Positions 23,301 through 38,300 of a stretch of 64,000 bases of DNA are shown here, piece after piece. The notes under the pieces were generated by a model. It had not been told where the DNA came from. It saw only the letters and a list, made by a program, of their open reading frames with translations, and ran no database searches. This DNA is from Eledone cirrhosa. Its lineage: Eukaryota. The position numbers and the translations under genes are program-made. How positions within the stretch are numbered: the stretch's first letter is position 1; every line of letters begins with the position of its first letter. Location: assembly GCA_964016885.1 (NCBI GenBank), contig OZ024745.1, forward strand, positions 79,236,001-79,300,000, written 5' to 3'.

Positions 23301-26300
23301 CTGTGATTCTTCGTGCCATATCTGAAATATTTTCGGGTATATATGTCAAAGATTTCTTTGTTGTTTGTGCAAATGAAATCTTGTTGACTTTGTCGTCTGC
23401 TTTGCTTTCTGTTATGATGTTGTTTTCAAATGTTATTTTTGTGTTTGTTGTGTCTTTGTTTGTGGTATTAATATTGTCATGCAATTTTTCAAATTTTTTT
23501 TTTTCGTTGTTGGAATCCATGTCCAGATTTGTGTTTTCGTCATTTTTCTCCGCAGATTCGTTTTTATTTTATTTTTTCCTTCCTTCTCTATGACGTTAGT
23601 TGGGAAGGAAGGGGGGACTAAAGCGTGCGAGCTTACAACTCTTACCGCTGTCCCCCCACCACTATTTTCGTTCGCTTCGTTTAACATTTCTGTCAGACGA
23701 TTGAAATTTTTTTGCCACAAAATTTAAAAAAAACAGGTTTTTCACCTCTAGGAGGGGTAAAGATGAGCTGACCCACCGTCTGACAGTTCAGGCGAGGGGG
23801 AGGGGGGGGGTCAAGCTACACAATAGTATCAAAATTAAATTTGAACTCACAAAATTTCCGCAATAAATTTGAACAAAACTTCTGCGCGAAGTGAATTACA
23901 TCCACACTGTAGAACAGACGACAGCTAGATTCCGTATATATATATAAATAGATAGATAGATAGAAATGAGAGGAAGTAATGCTCTGATATAGCATGAATG
24001 ATAAGTGACTGAGGTTGTGTATTAAATCATATACAAAATGCTCATGTAAATAAACATTTTTATAGCCTCACTATGAAATTATTCATTCTTCTTTAGCAAC
24101 CAAGTAAGGGAGAGCATTCTAACGTTGCCGTTGCTGATTTCTTAACTACTATCAGATTAATCACTGAGATGACTTAGGGCGAAGAAACTAGAAGGTATTA
24201 TTCTCGAGATCCAGGTAGAGTGTGAACATACATGAATGTGGCAATATTTGACACATGCTAACATCAACCTTCAGAGCAAAGTTGAAATATAGTGAATAAC
24301 CTAGACAGTATGAGATGAATTAAAAAGGTAGATGATAGATCTTTGTCTCCGAGAGGAATAGGACATGATTCATATGTTAGCAGATGGTGGATGGAGGTTT
24401 TCCAGATCAAGTCGAACTATATCTTCAAGTCTATCATTGTGAATATATCTTCTTTTTCAAGTTTGACAATATCTTTTTTTTTCAAGTTTGCCTCCACTAT
24501 TCATATCATGAGAAATGGGCACAGACATCTATCATCCATAGGCCTGCTGATACAGAATCACTTTTCAGTTAACTTGTATTTTGGTACATTCACTGAATTA
24601 TACTCCCATCCCACCCATCCCTCAACTATCACTTTTTTAAAGTATTTTATTGTGACATATTTTATATGGATAACAATTTGCTATCCATATAGCAAATTAT
24701 TTTTCAGACAAGGAAAGCTTCTCAGAAACTCTAGCCTCTAGTCCAGTGCTACTCAAAGTGGTGGTCCGCGGACCGGTGCCGGTACGCGAGCCATCAGCTA
24801 CCGGTGTGTGGCCAGTGTCCAGGCCATGCTAAGGAATCATTTTATTACTTTTTTTTATGTTTTGATATTGTATTATTTGTTTACAAAATAAATAGAAGAT
24901 AAAAAAATAGTCAACTATTATTATATTCATTATATATATCATTTCCAGTATTAGCAGTACGTGGCACATTGAAAAAAAAAATGCTGGTCCGCCACAGATA
25001 GTTTGAGAAGCACTGCTCTAGTCTATCAATGATGTGTTGATTCAGATCTATTTATTCCAGTAATTTCTTTTACAGATAAGATACTCCCTTTCTATTGATG
25101 TACATATGGATCTCAACTACGACATACATATAGAACCTCTCGTTTATTGAAGGGCACAGCATGATGGTGGTACATTAAAATATGAACTTATGCCCATGTG
25201 GTCATAATTATTTTTTTAAGGTGCAAGATTAAATTGAGAAATGAAAAGTATAGACAGTCCTCATAGGACAACATTTTTTAATAGAAAACAGTTTGGCACT
25301 GCTTCTCCACTCTCCTAAGCAAAGACTTGTCCAACACTTGCTAGTAGGGAAATGAACATTAAAGGATGATGATAATGAATTAATACTCCAGGGTAAAGAA
25401 TGACCATCAACAATTTTCTTCTGCTCTAAGCCTCAGGCATCACATGACTAAGAAAGATATATTACAATAATTCATTCAGTAGCACTCATGCATGTGGGGA
25501 AAAGGAAACCAAAAGCACCTCACATATATTTGAAATCATCCTTGTTATCAATGTAACATTTTAGAAAGACAATATCACATGCCATACACAAAAAAAAAGT
25601 TTTTACTGAGGGTGATGTTCCTTATATCTACCCCTCTCCAAACTAAAATGGTCACAGAATCTAGAGAGACTGGATACTAAATACTTTAATGCATTTAGTC
25701 CAGTTCTATATTGTTTTGATCATCACTGGTGTCACCTTTACGCGTGTGTATTATAATTATGTATATTTCCACAAAAAGTATTCTATTGTTCAGATCTGAA
25801 TCAATCCATTGCAGGTAGTTAAAGTTGCTAAAATATCTTCAGGATCAGTCGCTAACAACCAACAAGGAAACAAATTAGCTGTAGTGCAATACTATTTTAC
25901 AGAGAGAAGTATCTTATAGATACTTCACTCTAAAATGGTAATACTAGTGCTACAATAAAATGCACACAGCTCTCTCTGAAAAAGTGCTAGTGCACATAAC
26001 TTACACTGTAAAAGTGGTAGTGATGGTGCCACAAAACAGGCACCCACTCCACTGTCAGATGACTGTGGTGGCACCACAAGAAAAACTCAATACATACTGT
26101 GAAATGTTTGGAGTTAAGAAGGGCATCCAACCATAGAAACCATGCCAAAACGATATGTATGAGCAAGACATGGTTGTCTGACTTGCCAATTTAGCCACAG
26201 AATATGACAACTTGTTTAAGCCAAGCAATCATGTAAAATAGACAGAAAACAGTGGTGGTGATAATAATTGTTTCTACTTTTGGCACAAGGCCAGCAACGC

Positions 26301-29300
26301 AAGGATGAAAGGCAAAGGCCGTAACTCTTTGCTGCAAAGCATGGCGTCAGACCCTCTACCAATACTGCCATCTACCCCCCTGGTGGTGATAATAATGACT
26401 TCAAAATGCACACAATTGTATTGTAACAAGGTGACCCACAGCCAGTTTATATAACCTCAGATTTGGTAACTGACTCAAAAATCATAAAAATGGAACCTGA
26501 AACTCACAAGAAATATTTTCAATTGATGATGATACAGCAGCCATTGTATTTTTGTCTTGAATGTCCTCTTTGAAAACAACACTGTAAGAATTATGGGTTT
26601 CACCAACAACTTCAACAGCAATTGGGTGTTCACGAAGCTGTCGTAACTTTTCCTTTGTCCACTTCTCTTTTGATTTACCTAATTCATAAGAAACAAGGAA
26701 TAATTTCAGTGGATAATAATTGTTGCAGTATGATGGTGACAGAAGCCTTATCAAAAATAGAATAAAATAAGAAAGAATTACAATGTATATATTCTTCCTA
26801 TCTCAACAAATATAAAAACGAGAGAAGAGGTGATGAAGGTTAACATACACTACAATGTTATTGCTCCACTTACTATAAGTTCCCTTGTCAATCACTTCTG
26901 GTAGTTCCCAAATTCTACTACATACATTAACAAACTATTGCAAACCAATGAGGGAGCCTCTAGATACTCATTCAATCTGCTAGAAATAACAGCTAGATTC
27001 CCTAAAAAATCTTACCATCTTTTACAAAGAAAACAGTAGGACATACTGGCTTTGTAGTCCTAAAGATGCAAAGATCATGACTTAAATACTGTTGATAATA
27101 GGTCTGCACAACTGTGGCTGATGTGGAGCTAAACCACAACATAACCATTTATACAAAAAATTAAGTCAGCAAGAGAAATGATGATGCAAATGAAAGATGA
27201 GTATAGAGTAAAAAGTGCCTTATGCTGTCAGTGGAAGGTACCATTGAAAGAAGATTAAGATATGAGAAGTGATTAGATCAGATCACCTGATACTGATCAT
27301 CATAGTTGAAATAACAAAAAAAACATGAGTCATAAATGTTCTAGAGTAGACTGCTCAATTGATGCCAGCAGAGATATATGTTAAAATCAAGACTTAATAT
27401 TCAGAAGGTCAGGACATATCTACCAATCCACCATGTGATGATTTTTAAAAGCTATGGCAATAATGATGATAATGGCAACTATCAAACAGATTAAAAATTG
27501 CACTAACATACTCCACCCACCTCTGCTCTGGAATAATCTAGTAAGCCTATAGACTGGCTTTTTCTGTCAAATTGATGTAAAAATAAATTGAGAATTTCAA
27601 CTTAGAACTAAATATCTTTTTAGAACAAGACATTAAAATGAAGTTAAATGAAATGGAAGAGCTATAGTCATATGCTGCAGCCAAGAACAAAATTGATTAA
27701 ACAAAACAAGTTCCTGGCTATTGAACTACATTTTTCATTCAAGTTATATTATTTAGCTAGCCTCACTTCAGCAATAAAAAAAAAAAGAAAAAAAAAGAAA
27801 AAAAAAGAAAGAAAAGAAATCAGTTGGTTCCTACCAATTGCTAGCAAGAAAAGTTGTCGCACAGAAATGCATTCTTATGAAAGCAAAAATTATTCAAGGG
27901 AAAACACAAACACACATAAAAAATGCTTCCATATATTTAGCAGAATTTTTAATATATTTACCAGCCAAAGAACATCGAGCAGCTAAAATTGGGATTTCTG
28001 CTAATTCATCTGTGAGAGGTAATATTTCATCTTGGGACACAGTACTGCTACAACCAAAATCAATATAGAATACAATGTATTCTGCTTCAGAGACTACTGC
28101 CGTAATTTTGGCACGGTACCATTTTCCATCTGTGAAACAATGAAAGATAAAATTTTCAAACAATTTAAAATTAGAATCAAAATGACAATTCTTTAAATTT
28201 GATTCTACATGAAACATATTTTGCATCAATTTACAGTAGGCTCCTCCAGCTAAATCTACTGTTGCAATTACATGGTTGAGGGGAGACCAAATTCGAAACC
28301 AGTCCACATTTCTTGACTTGCTGTCACTGAGTATTGACATCATTAAATCAAATATGTGAGTTCAACTTAACAGTAACATAGCGGAAGGTTCCTGGAGGAA
28401 AATGACATGCATGGCTAATCCAATGAAGTAAATTTAGAAAAGTTCTATAATACTAAGATTTTTGTCTGTCTATTGAACCAAGAAATAAATAGCACTTCAT
28501 ATTTTAGCAGTTGAGACGGCACTCAGCTTTAAAAAAATTTCACAAAATTTGCATCAGCTAGTCAGTCAAAGTTTTAGTCTGCTTGATCATGGGCAGATCT
28601 GGAAGTTTGTTAAGGCTGGTGAAACGTGGAAGAGAGATACCAGCTGGTCTGAGTGCGCTCTACCCACAATAACTGGCAATGAAAAAACTGCAACAACTCT
28701 GGGAAACTAAGCCAGAACAACCTGCCACCCTCTACACACCATCATAAACTGCAAGCAGGGTACAAATTGTTGTCCTTAAATGCTCGCAGTTTATGCAACA
28801 AGATACATCTGTTTGACTCCTACGTCAGAAGCATTGACCTTGACTTCATCACAGTCACGGAAACATGGGCACATTCCTTACTCTGTGATGGGGTTTTCAG
28901 CATTACTGGGTACAACCTTTTCCGCAAGGACCGCATTAATCGCCGTGGTGGTGTGATGGTCTACGTTCGTTCAAACTTTTCGGTAATTCCTTGCGTTGAT
29001 TTGAACGAATCACAAGTATTTTTTTGTGACATACGTATGACCATGTCAACACTTCTGCTTGCTGTTGTTTATCGCCCCCCAAACTACCATCAGGACACAC
29101 AGCTTTGCGATATCCTCAGAGTTGGTGCCAAGAAAACAGCCCTTATGTGTTTATTGCAGGTGACTTCAATCATCCTCAGATCGATTGGGAAACCTTTCGT
29201 TGGCCACAAGGTGCAAACGATTTCCTTGAACTAGTGCTGCACTCAAACTGGTCACAAGTGGTGACAACACTTTGGACCTGATCTTCACTACTCCTGAAGT

Positions 29301-32300
29301 GGTTATCAGTTGTACTACTGAGGAACCTCTAGGCGACTCTGATCATGCTATGATCATTGCCAATCTGGCTCTTGCGGGCAGCAACAAAAACCAGAGCCAT
29401 CTCCAATCTGCTTGCTTTGATTGGAAGAAAGCAGATTGGAACTTGTACTGCACTGAGCTTCAGCACCCAAACTGGCATGAGATGTATAACTCTGGAGATG
29501 TGAACACTATACTCCAGAGCATCCTGGACTCAATATGGATAGCGTGTGCAGCATCGGTGCCACGTAAGCAGAAAAAAAACCACCCCAAAAGTGCAATTTG
29601 GGAAACTTCAGTGGTCCGACTTGCCAGGAAAGAACGTCGGAACGCTGAACGGGAATATAAACTGCATAAATCAGATGCCAACAGAAAAAAGCAGAATAAA
29701 TCTTCTAACCATCTCAAGCAAGTGACAAAGAAGGCAGTGCTTGAATTTGAACAGTGCATAGCAACCAATCCTGACAGTAAGGTGTTCTGGAAATATGTTC
29801 ATTCAAAGCAGAGACCTCGCTTTCCAGTTGGTCCCCTTCACAATCCCCACACAAGCCAGATCACTGACGATCCCAAAGAATGCACAGAACTCATTGCTGA
29901 GTGCTATGCAAGTATTTTTACTGTTGAAAACCAGAATGTACCATCTCCACCATCAAATTCCATAACAACTATGGAATTTACACCTGCAATGCTGCGACGT
30001 CACCTTAAGAATAAGCGCAACTATGCCTCCCCTGGTCTTGATGGTGTTACATACCTGCTTCTCAAATGTGGCAGGTATTTCCTTTTGCGTCAGCTTTCTT
30101 TCTTCTTTCAATACTGTCTCAACAATGGTACTACTCCGGAGCAGTGGAAAACTGCCAGTGTCATTCCCCTGTTCAAAAAGGGCAACCGCATGTCACCTGT
30201 CAACTATCGTCCAAGTCAGTCTTACTAGCTGTATGGCCAAACTGATGGAATCCTCTGTCAGAGAAACACTTTGGAACTTCTGGAGCTCTCACAGCCTCAT
30301 CCGGCCCTCACAGTTTGGATTTATCCCTAACTCCAGCTGCTGTGATCAGCTTATTGAGTTCCTTGAAGACATCACCCGGATCACTGACAGCGGCTCATGG
30401 GTGGATGTTGTTTACCTTCACTTTGCTAAGGCTTTTAATTCTGTGCCACACAAAAGACTTATGGCAAAACTCTCTGCAATGGGTGTGAGGGATGATCTTT
30501 TCGACTGGTTGAAATCCTTCATTCTCAGCCGAAAAGAGGTAGTCACGGTTCTAGGACAGTATTCTTCACCATATGAGATGTCATCTGATGAACCACAGGG
30601 ATCTGTTCTTGGTCCCCTTTTGTTTGTGGCATATATTAATGATATAGATGCCAACTTACAGAATGCCACGGTACTGAAATATGCAGATGACATCAAGCTG
30701 TACCTTGAAATCAAAAGGACTGATCCTGAAATCTACAACTCTTTCCTACAATCAGACCTGGACACAATGCAGCAATGGATCACAGACTGGCAACTGAAGC
30801 TGGCTGTGGACAAGTGTACCACCATGCATTTTGGGAGGAAAAATCCAGCGTCCACATACTCCCTCCACAACACTGATATCAAGAAGTCCTCTTGTGAACG
30901 TGACCTGGGCATTACTGTCAGCAGTGATTTGCGTTGCATGTCTCTAGGATTGTCAAGAAGGCTGAGGGTGTCTTGGCATCACTCAGCAAGACCTTTGTTA
31001 GCCGCTCTCCAGCCATCTATTTAAAACTGTATACAGCTATTGTACGACCACACTTGGAATTCGCATCATCAGTCTGGAACCCCTATCTGGCTCAGAACAT
31101 TGACCTCCTGGAAACTGTTCAGAGACGTGCAACCAAGCGCATACCCTCCATCAGACACCTACCATACTCTGAACGCCTTGCTTCCCTGGGCATGGATTCA
31201 TTGAAGCTCCAACGTCTGGCAATGGACTTGGTAAATACCCACAAAGTTATTAACCATCTCGCCAATTGCAACCCTGAGCACCTTTTTGATCTACATGTGT
31301 CTAACACACGTGGACATGGCTACAAAATCAGAAAACAGCACAGCTCCCATGACTTTCGTAGACATTTTTTCATGCCCAGAGTTGCTGAAGCATGGAACAA
31401 ACTGCCTGCATCAGTTGTTAGCTGCCAAGACACTGCATCCTTTAAGACACTCATGCTTCCCGAAATACGCCAAAACTACACCTGATGTACCCCTTCCATA
31501 CACATGCACACGTGTGTATTATGACTCATGCACTGTTCATTTTCCTGACGTTTGTACATTACCCTATGTACTATACATACACTTTTTGATGAGTTGTAGT
31601 GCACCTGAGACTGTACACAATATTTCATTATTATTATTATTATTATTATGAAATAAATTAACGTTTTCTTTACAGTAAGTTTACTGTGAAGAAAACAATT
31701 TGCTGATAGAGAAAGTTACTAAACTATCAAACAAAGTATGTGTAGTAAAATGATCTCATAAAATCAATACCATGTTTATGCAAACAGGGTATTTACTAGC
31801 AATAATAGCTCTTTTTCACAAATTACAATGTCTTCACAGAAGATTAAATCTCATTTTTCCACAATTAGTTATACTCTGATATAATAGCTGTAGGATATGT
31901 CTGATCAGACCAAACCTGAAACTAAAAACAAAAACAACACATTCCAGACTTCAAAATCACATCCAACATTAACCACCCAGACAAAAAAAAAATCTTACAT
32001 GTCATGTATCAATGTAATATATGAATTTCTTGTCTGTGCTACAGTTGTCATAATTAAAACCTATCCTATGTTTTGTTCTTTTTCATCAGGGAGTGAAGGA
32101 ATCCTCAAACCAGTGAACCTACTCCAAATGCTTGCAACAGAATGACTTGACTAAAGACACCCATAGGCCAGGTGATGGTGTTAAACATGTCTACAGATTA
32201 AATCTATCACCCAAACAGGACTCAAACCTAGAAAAATACAAGGAATCTCGTCTGAATCTCTAACAATTCCACTAATTCCACTGGATTGATGCATGTATGC

Positions 32301-35300
32301 ATGAACCCTTAACTCCTGATTAAGTCACAGGGGCACTGTAGTGATACATGGCATGTCTTGGGCATATAGGCTTTGCGGAGCTTATCCCTCTCTAAGTATG
32401 AATACAGCCCCTTCTTCCAGTGAAAGAGAGAGAGAAAGAATGTGAGAAAGAGATATAGAGAAAGAATCAACTTTTAAACCGAGAACATAGAAAGCCAGAA
32501 CAAATACTGCAAGACATTCTGTTCTATGTCCTAACAACTCTGCCAATTTGCAGAGTGTTAACTTCATTTTTTAATTTTGTTAAACCTACCTTCAGCCACC
32601 ACCAATATTATTTTGGGTTTATGAGAGAGGGACCCGTTTTATTTATTTCAAACCCTAGAAAAAAATATGTCTCTGAACAATAAAAGGAAATTAAAAAAAA
32701 AATAATCTACCTGAATTCTTGGCACAAATAACTTCTCCAATCTCAGGCAGAATATTTAATTTCCCATGAGGTGTCCCACATATTTCATTTAGCTGCTCCG
32801 TTATGTCAGACAGAGCTTCCAGCGCTGAAAGGGAAAATGTAAATTTCATAAACATTTTAATACACTATCAGGCTCATATGCATTTGTTGTTGGTTTTACA
32901 GCACACCCCTATATAAGTGACCTAGTTTACATCTCATAGGTTTCTCTGTTGTTTTAATGATAGGCAACTAAAATGGTGAGAGAAGAAACATCCGGCTGTA
33001 AAACATTGTCTTAACCCCTTGCCTAATAACTATGACTAGTCAAGACATTAAAATATCAGTGAAAGTCATAGCATGCCATAACTCATTTACATTTCACATT
33101 TGTAGTCAAACTACGACTATGGTTGCGATCTAAGGGGTACTCATTTGACATAAAATACTCGGTGATTTTTAGTTTAAACCAATCAGGGAGTGTTTTATAA
33201 ATAATTTTTTAATATAAAGGCACATTACAATTAATCGCTCCCTTTTTGAGAGAGAGCAACATGCTTTAATAACAATAATTTACATCAACAATTAAGTGAA
33301 AATGAAATTTTTTTTACTGAAACTGATTTAGCACAAAAGAAATATGATTCTTTTATTGATAATCAACACAATTTATCAGATGTTGATTTGATATCAGAAT
33401 CCGATGAGGTATCAATGAATTCAAATAAAAATGAAGACGATAATGAACACGTTGGAATAGAGCGATTGATTTTCTGAAGTTGATGATGCATTCAGAGGAA
33501 ACCCTGGACCAGTAAATATTTTGGATGCCGAGGAAAAAGAACTCAATTTTTTTTCTTTCAAATATATAATAAGGATTAGTCCGATTTGCTGGTGATCGAA
33601 ACAAACAAATACACTGAAACGAAAGGCCCTGATCAGAAATGGTGAAACAAGTGCTTTGGAAATGAGGGTCTATATTGCATTTCAGATAGTGATGGGAGTT
33701 GTTTCTGTCCCTAATAAGGACATGTATCTTTTAAAAGATAATCTATTCCAATAAAAGGGACCAGGGAATTGATTACAAGGGACAGACTGGACAAACTGAA
33801 CGAGTATTTCCATATTCCAGATGTCACCCAGAATGTTGTTGGGCCTCTGTTGGTTTCAACGGTGAGTGTTCCAATTATTCAAACACCAGAATGGCCTGCA
33901 CATGTAATTAACAAGCAAGTGACTGAGCATTCCCCAGATATGTGCACTTAACATAATTCTCAGGGAGATTCAACATGACAATGTATGACATGGCTGGCCC
34001 TTTGAAACATGAGTAAAACTTATTTTTGCCAGCTGAATTGACTGGAGCAACATGAAATAATGTTGCTTGCTCAAGGAAACGTGCTGTCTGGTTCAAGCAT
34101 TGAACTCACAACCTTATGATCCTGAGCTGAACACCCTAACCACTAAGCCATGCTCGGCTGTAAAATCTTGCAAACAAAATAACAGTATGTTGGCTGCTTA
34201 TCTTTATGTTGCTGTGTGTGCCAGATAACTAAGGGCCAAGGTAAGTTACATAATCTCGAGACCTATCCAACTCATGCCAACTTGGAAAAAACAGGTATAA
34301 ATGGTAGTGGCAATGATATGCATCTGCATAGTTCAGTCCAAGTTTGTATCTACATACATGTGTGTGCTTGTACAATCATATGAAGAACAAGAAAAGCGTA
34401 ATAAAAAGAAAATCTAACTCACCAACATCATCATGTAGTTGACAATAAAAACAGTCTACATCTGTAACCCATTTACAAAGTAGTTCATATTTCATATTGA
34501 CCTTCAGCTGCAAGATTCCCATATTTTTGGCAAAATGCCTTACTCTGTTTAATCGGGGTAGCACATCATCTTGATAAGCAGGTTCCTGTTTGGAAGTCTG
34601 TCTACTTAAAGACTGTACAATGGATTCTTTTGTTTGTCTGTCATCAGGTAAGTCTTTCTCAGCACATTGTTTTTCAAAAATATAATCAGAAGAGTCCCCA
34701 TGATATGGACGAGAAGAAAATGGGGAATCAAATGCATGGGACAGTTGTATAGGAGACAGTTCCTCCACTTGTTGATCTCCAATGCTACTTTGGGAGGATT
34801 GCGAATGAGATCTGATTGGGGATAATGAAAGTGAGCTTGCAGATTTCATTGAGTTTGATTTGGATGTAGCTGTGCCATTCAAAGATTGGTTTAGGGGAAA
34901 AGAATCATTTGACACAACCTTCTCTAAGTTTTCTTCAAAGCATTCATTAACACAGCTGCCATCACCTGTATAAACGACAACTTCAAATACATTTTTGGTA
35001 CAGCCTTCTATCTTATATTTGCATACATTGTTGCAGACAAGCTGACTAAATTTTTCATTGTCTTTAATATTATGTATGCCAGAAAGATAGCAGTGTAGGG
35101 CTTGTTTAGGATAATGAGCGTAGTGCTCAGGAAAGGGCTGTAGCTGTAGTTCATCAACGTATTCAGAGTTTCCATAATCAACAAAAAATACTTTGTATTT
35201 GCCATCAGAAATACTGATTATTTGACCACGATACCACTGGTTGTCCTGCGAAAATTTGGCGGCAACCATTTCATCTATACAAGGAGTATAACCAATACCA

Positions 35301-38300
35301 TTATCTTTCTTTTCTAAGTAAGTATTGAATTCTTCTAGGAAGCTGATTTGTTTCTCACTGGCAACAATAATATAGAATGAGTCAGTAAGGATTTCTACAG
35401 CCAAGCCATCTAAAACATCACCAACATTGATTTGGAAACCTTTCAAATCGGAGGCCATCACTTTCAAGGAGGATGCCAACATATCTATGATAGAATTTTC
35501 TCCAATAGGATCATACAAGTTCCACTGACATATTTTATTCTCACATCCCATATATGAACCCAAAAAATATTCTTTTGAAAAATCATCACTTTTAATCAGG
35601 AGTTTCAAAATTCGATTGAATCTGCGGCACAACTTTAACGAGTCATCTTTTCTTCCTAAAGAATTCACACCTTCAAGCTTTGATGGAATGCGAAGGCAAG
35701 GATAATCAAGGCAGAAAGGCATAGCGGAGCGATAATCTTCCAAACATACCACCTCTTCTGTGCCAAAATCTATGAGAAAAACCATCAATGACTCATTTTT
35801 GACATCCATCACTTCAGCTCGAGCCCAATCCTGTGTTTCCAATTTTGTCAAAACAAGTTGACCTTTGAGTGGGCTGAAGAAAAAAAAAAAGAAAAAAAAA
35901 AAATTCTTATTACAGCTGTATATATATGTTAATCATCTGCTTCAGAAACTAAGGACTTTTATTTTACCTGGGAAGGAAACAAAAAGTGTATGGAACTTAA
36001 CAGAAAATGTCACGAGAGAGAGTAGGCTGGAAAAAAACAAAGAATGAGAAGATATATTACGAGAGAGAGAGAGAGAGAGAGAGAGCACTACAATGTTTGT
36101 ACAGAAAGACACACACACATCCACAGCATACATCTTATGTTTAGGCTATCCTTTAATATCAATGAAGACTGTCCTTACGTATAGCCACAAGTTACTATCA
36201 AAAGTGTATTGCTCTCTTCAACAGCTTTCTGTCCAGAGTTGTGAATCAGTTAGTACTAGTGCACCCGATCCATCCTGTAAAGTGGTTTTGCTGGTTCCAC
36301 AAAAAAAAAGCACTCAGCCTACCCTGTAATAGAGAGATAGTGCTGGTGCCACATCAATAAGCAGCCAGTCCACACCATAAGGTAGTAGTGCTGGTGCAAT
36401 GACAATATGCACCCAGTCTACCCTTTAAGGTGGTAGTGCTGGTGCTACGGGGGAAAAAAAAAAAGACCAAGTACAAAACAAATTGTATAAGCCAGACGCG
36501 GTCATTTAACCTGTCTAGCCTCCTGACATGACAGCCCATCTAAACCATGGAAGCAGAGAAAATCGATGTTAAACGATAACCATCATAATGAATCTCATTC
36601 TCATACCAGATGGGAGTAAAAAAAAAAATGTTTTTCTTGATAACTAAGTTTGCCCCATTATTTGACCAGCAAAGGTTTCACTTTTCCATATTAGGGAGCT
36701 TAACTTTCTCTAGAATAATTGGGTTTCTGATCTGTCTCAGGTGTCTCATGAATGTATGCAGGTTATTTTTTTACATGCTTGCAGTATAACATTCATGCCT
36801 TTGAACTGTACAATAAAATGGATAATATTATTGTTTGTTATATTTCACTTGGCCTGTAAGATGTTTGTTGCAGCACAGTCACTCTCTCAACCTTTCAAAT
36901 GTTTGGCTGGTCTTGCTCATCCTGCGATCTACTTCATAACTTGAGTCTAATATCAATACTAACTGTACTGCTCTGATAGGTAGAGTGCCTGTCTTTTACC
37001 CATTTCGCTTACATCAGAACTTTTGGTTGACTTCATCTGAGTGGCACCTATCTTCTGAATCCTAAAACATCTCTCAGCCTAACAAAGAAACTATATATGT
37101 CACTGAAATCAGCGGCAGTGTGTAACTTAATTGTTTTGTTTTCTCACCATTTCAACTTCATCTTATAAGTTTACTGTTGCTATTTCCTCTTGGTTTCTCT
37201 GAATTTAGCAGAGCTGAATGAGTGTTTGAAGACAGGAGATATCAAATTTCGTTGGAGTTGCACTAACAATGAAGCAAAAACCATATCACAATGAAAACAA
37301 TCTTGGTGGCCTATGCTACTACCATCATAAGAGAAGTACATAGATCACGAGAGTAATGCGCACAACATAAAGAGCAATGCGTAGATCACGAGAGTAATGC
37401 GTATATCACCTCTATTCTATTGGTTAGTTATGATGTAGTTTAGGAGATACCTCACCTTTGTCCTACTGGCTAATTATGATGTACACTAGGAGATACCATT
37501 GCACTGATCACAGAGGCTCCTCAGTTACTTTCTATTTTTTCTTCTGCTTTATGACAAGAGTTGGTAATAATGCAGCCTTGCTTGGAGCACCAAGTGAAGA
37601 GATATCCCCTATTTCTGTATCACCTCCCTACACCATACTTTCCAATAATGTACATCCCTCTCTGCTGCTTGCCAGAAGTACACACATACAACTTTAAACA
37701 CCTAATACACATTAAAAAATATATCTATACCTGACCATGCACAGAAATTTACAAAGCAAACTTACCGTGTCAAAGAAGGTGAATAAGATTCAGCATAGCT
37801 GTTCAATTTTTTAGTGAATTGATGGAACGCTCTGGATGGCTCATCAGCCAACTGGACCAGAAAGTTCTCAGGAGACTTCACATCAAGAATGTTCACCTTA
37901 TAATTACTGCCATATTTAAGGTTTGTAGGAACAAGAGCAACATCACAGGCCATAACAGGAGGTGAACTAAAGTTTATGGGGAAGAGAAGAATATGTAATA
38001 TAGATTTATAATGAAGATAATTCAGATGTAAAGAAGCAAAACATTACCACAAAATAAGAAAAATGTTTTTCTCCATAATAGCAATAAGTTTGATCTTTCC
38101 TTTCTATCTGTCCAATTTATATAAGTGCATTTTAAATTTTGTAGAAACGGTTGTGTTTCTAGTTGCATGTTCATCTGATTATTAACCAGTTTATTGAAGT
38201 AGGAACCAAGTCTGTTAGTCAAGCTGATTTAGAATATCTTTACAGTATGTCTACACAATATGTTCATCTTTAGTCATCAGGTATCTTATTCCTGCATATA

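Larger units (their letters stand above)
18159..23934 (-). mobile_element. Full-length Tx1/L1-clade non-LTR retrotransposon (about 5.8 kb) in the last intron of the Tudor gene
   Basis: ORF1 with CCHC knuckle, ORF2 with APE-RT-CCHC, 3' AATAAA; identical 20-bp flanks TATATATATATAAATAGATA at 18139-18158 and 23935-23954. Confidence 0.93.

Noticed and set aside
24160-24200. Possible decayed hammerhead (ctgagatgac..gaaactag)
   Set aside because: Core is mutated and no stem I pairing is found.
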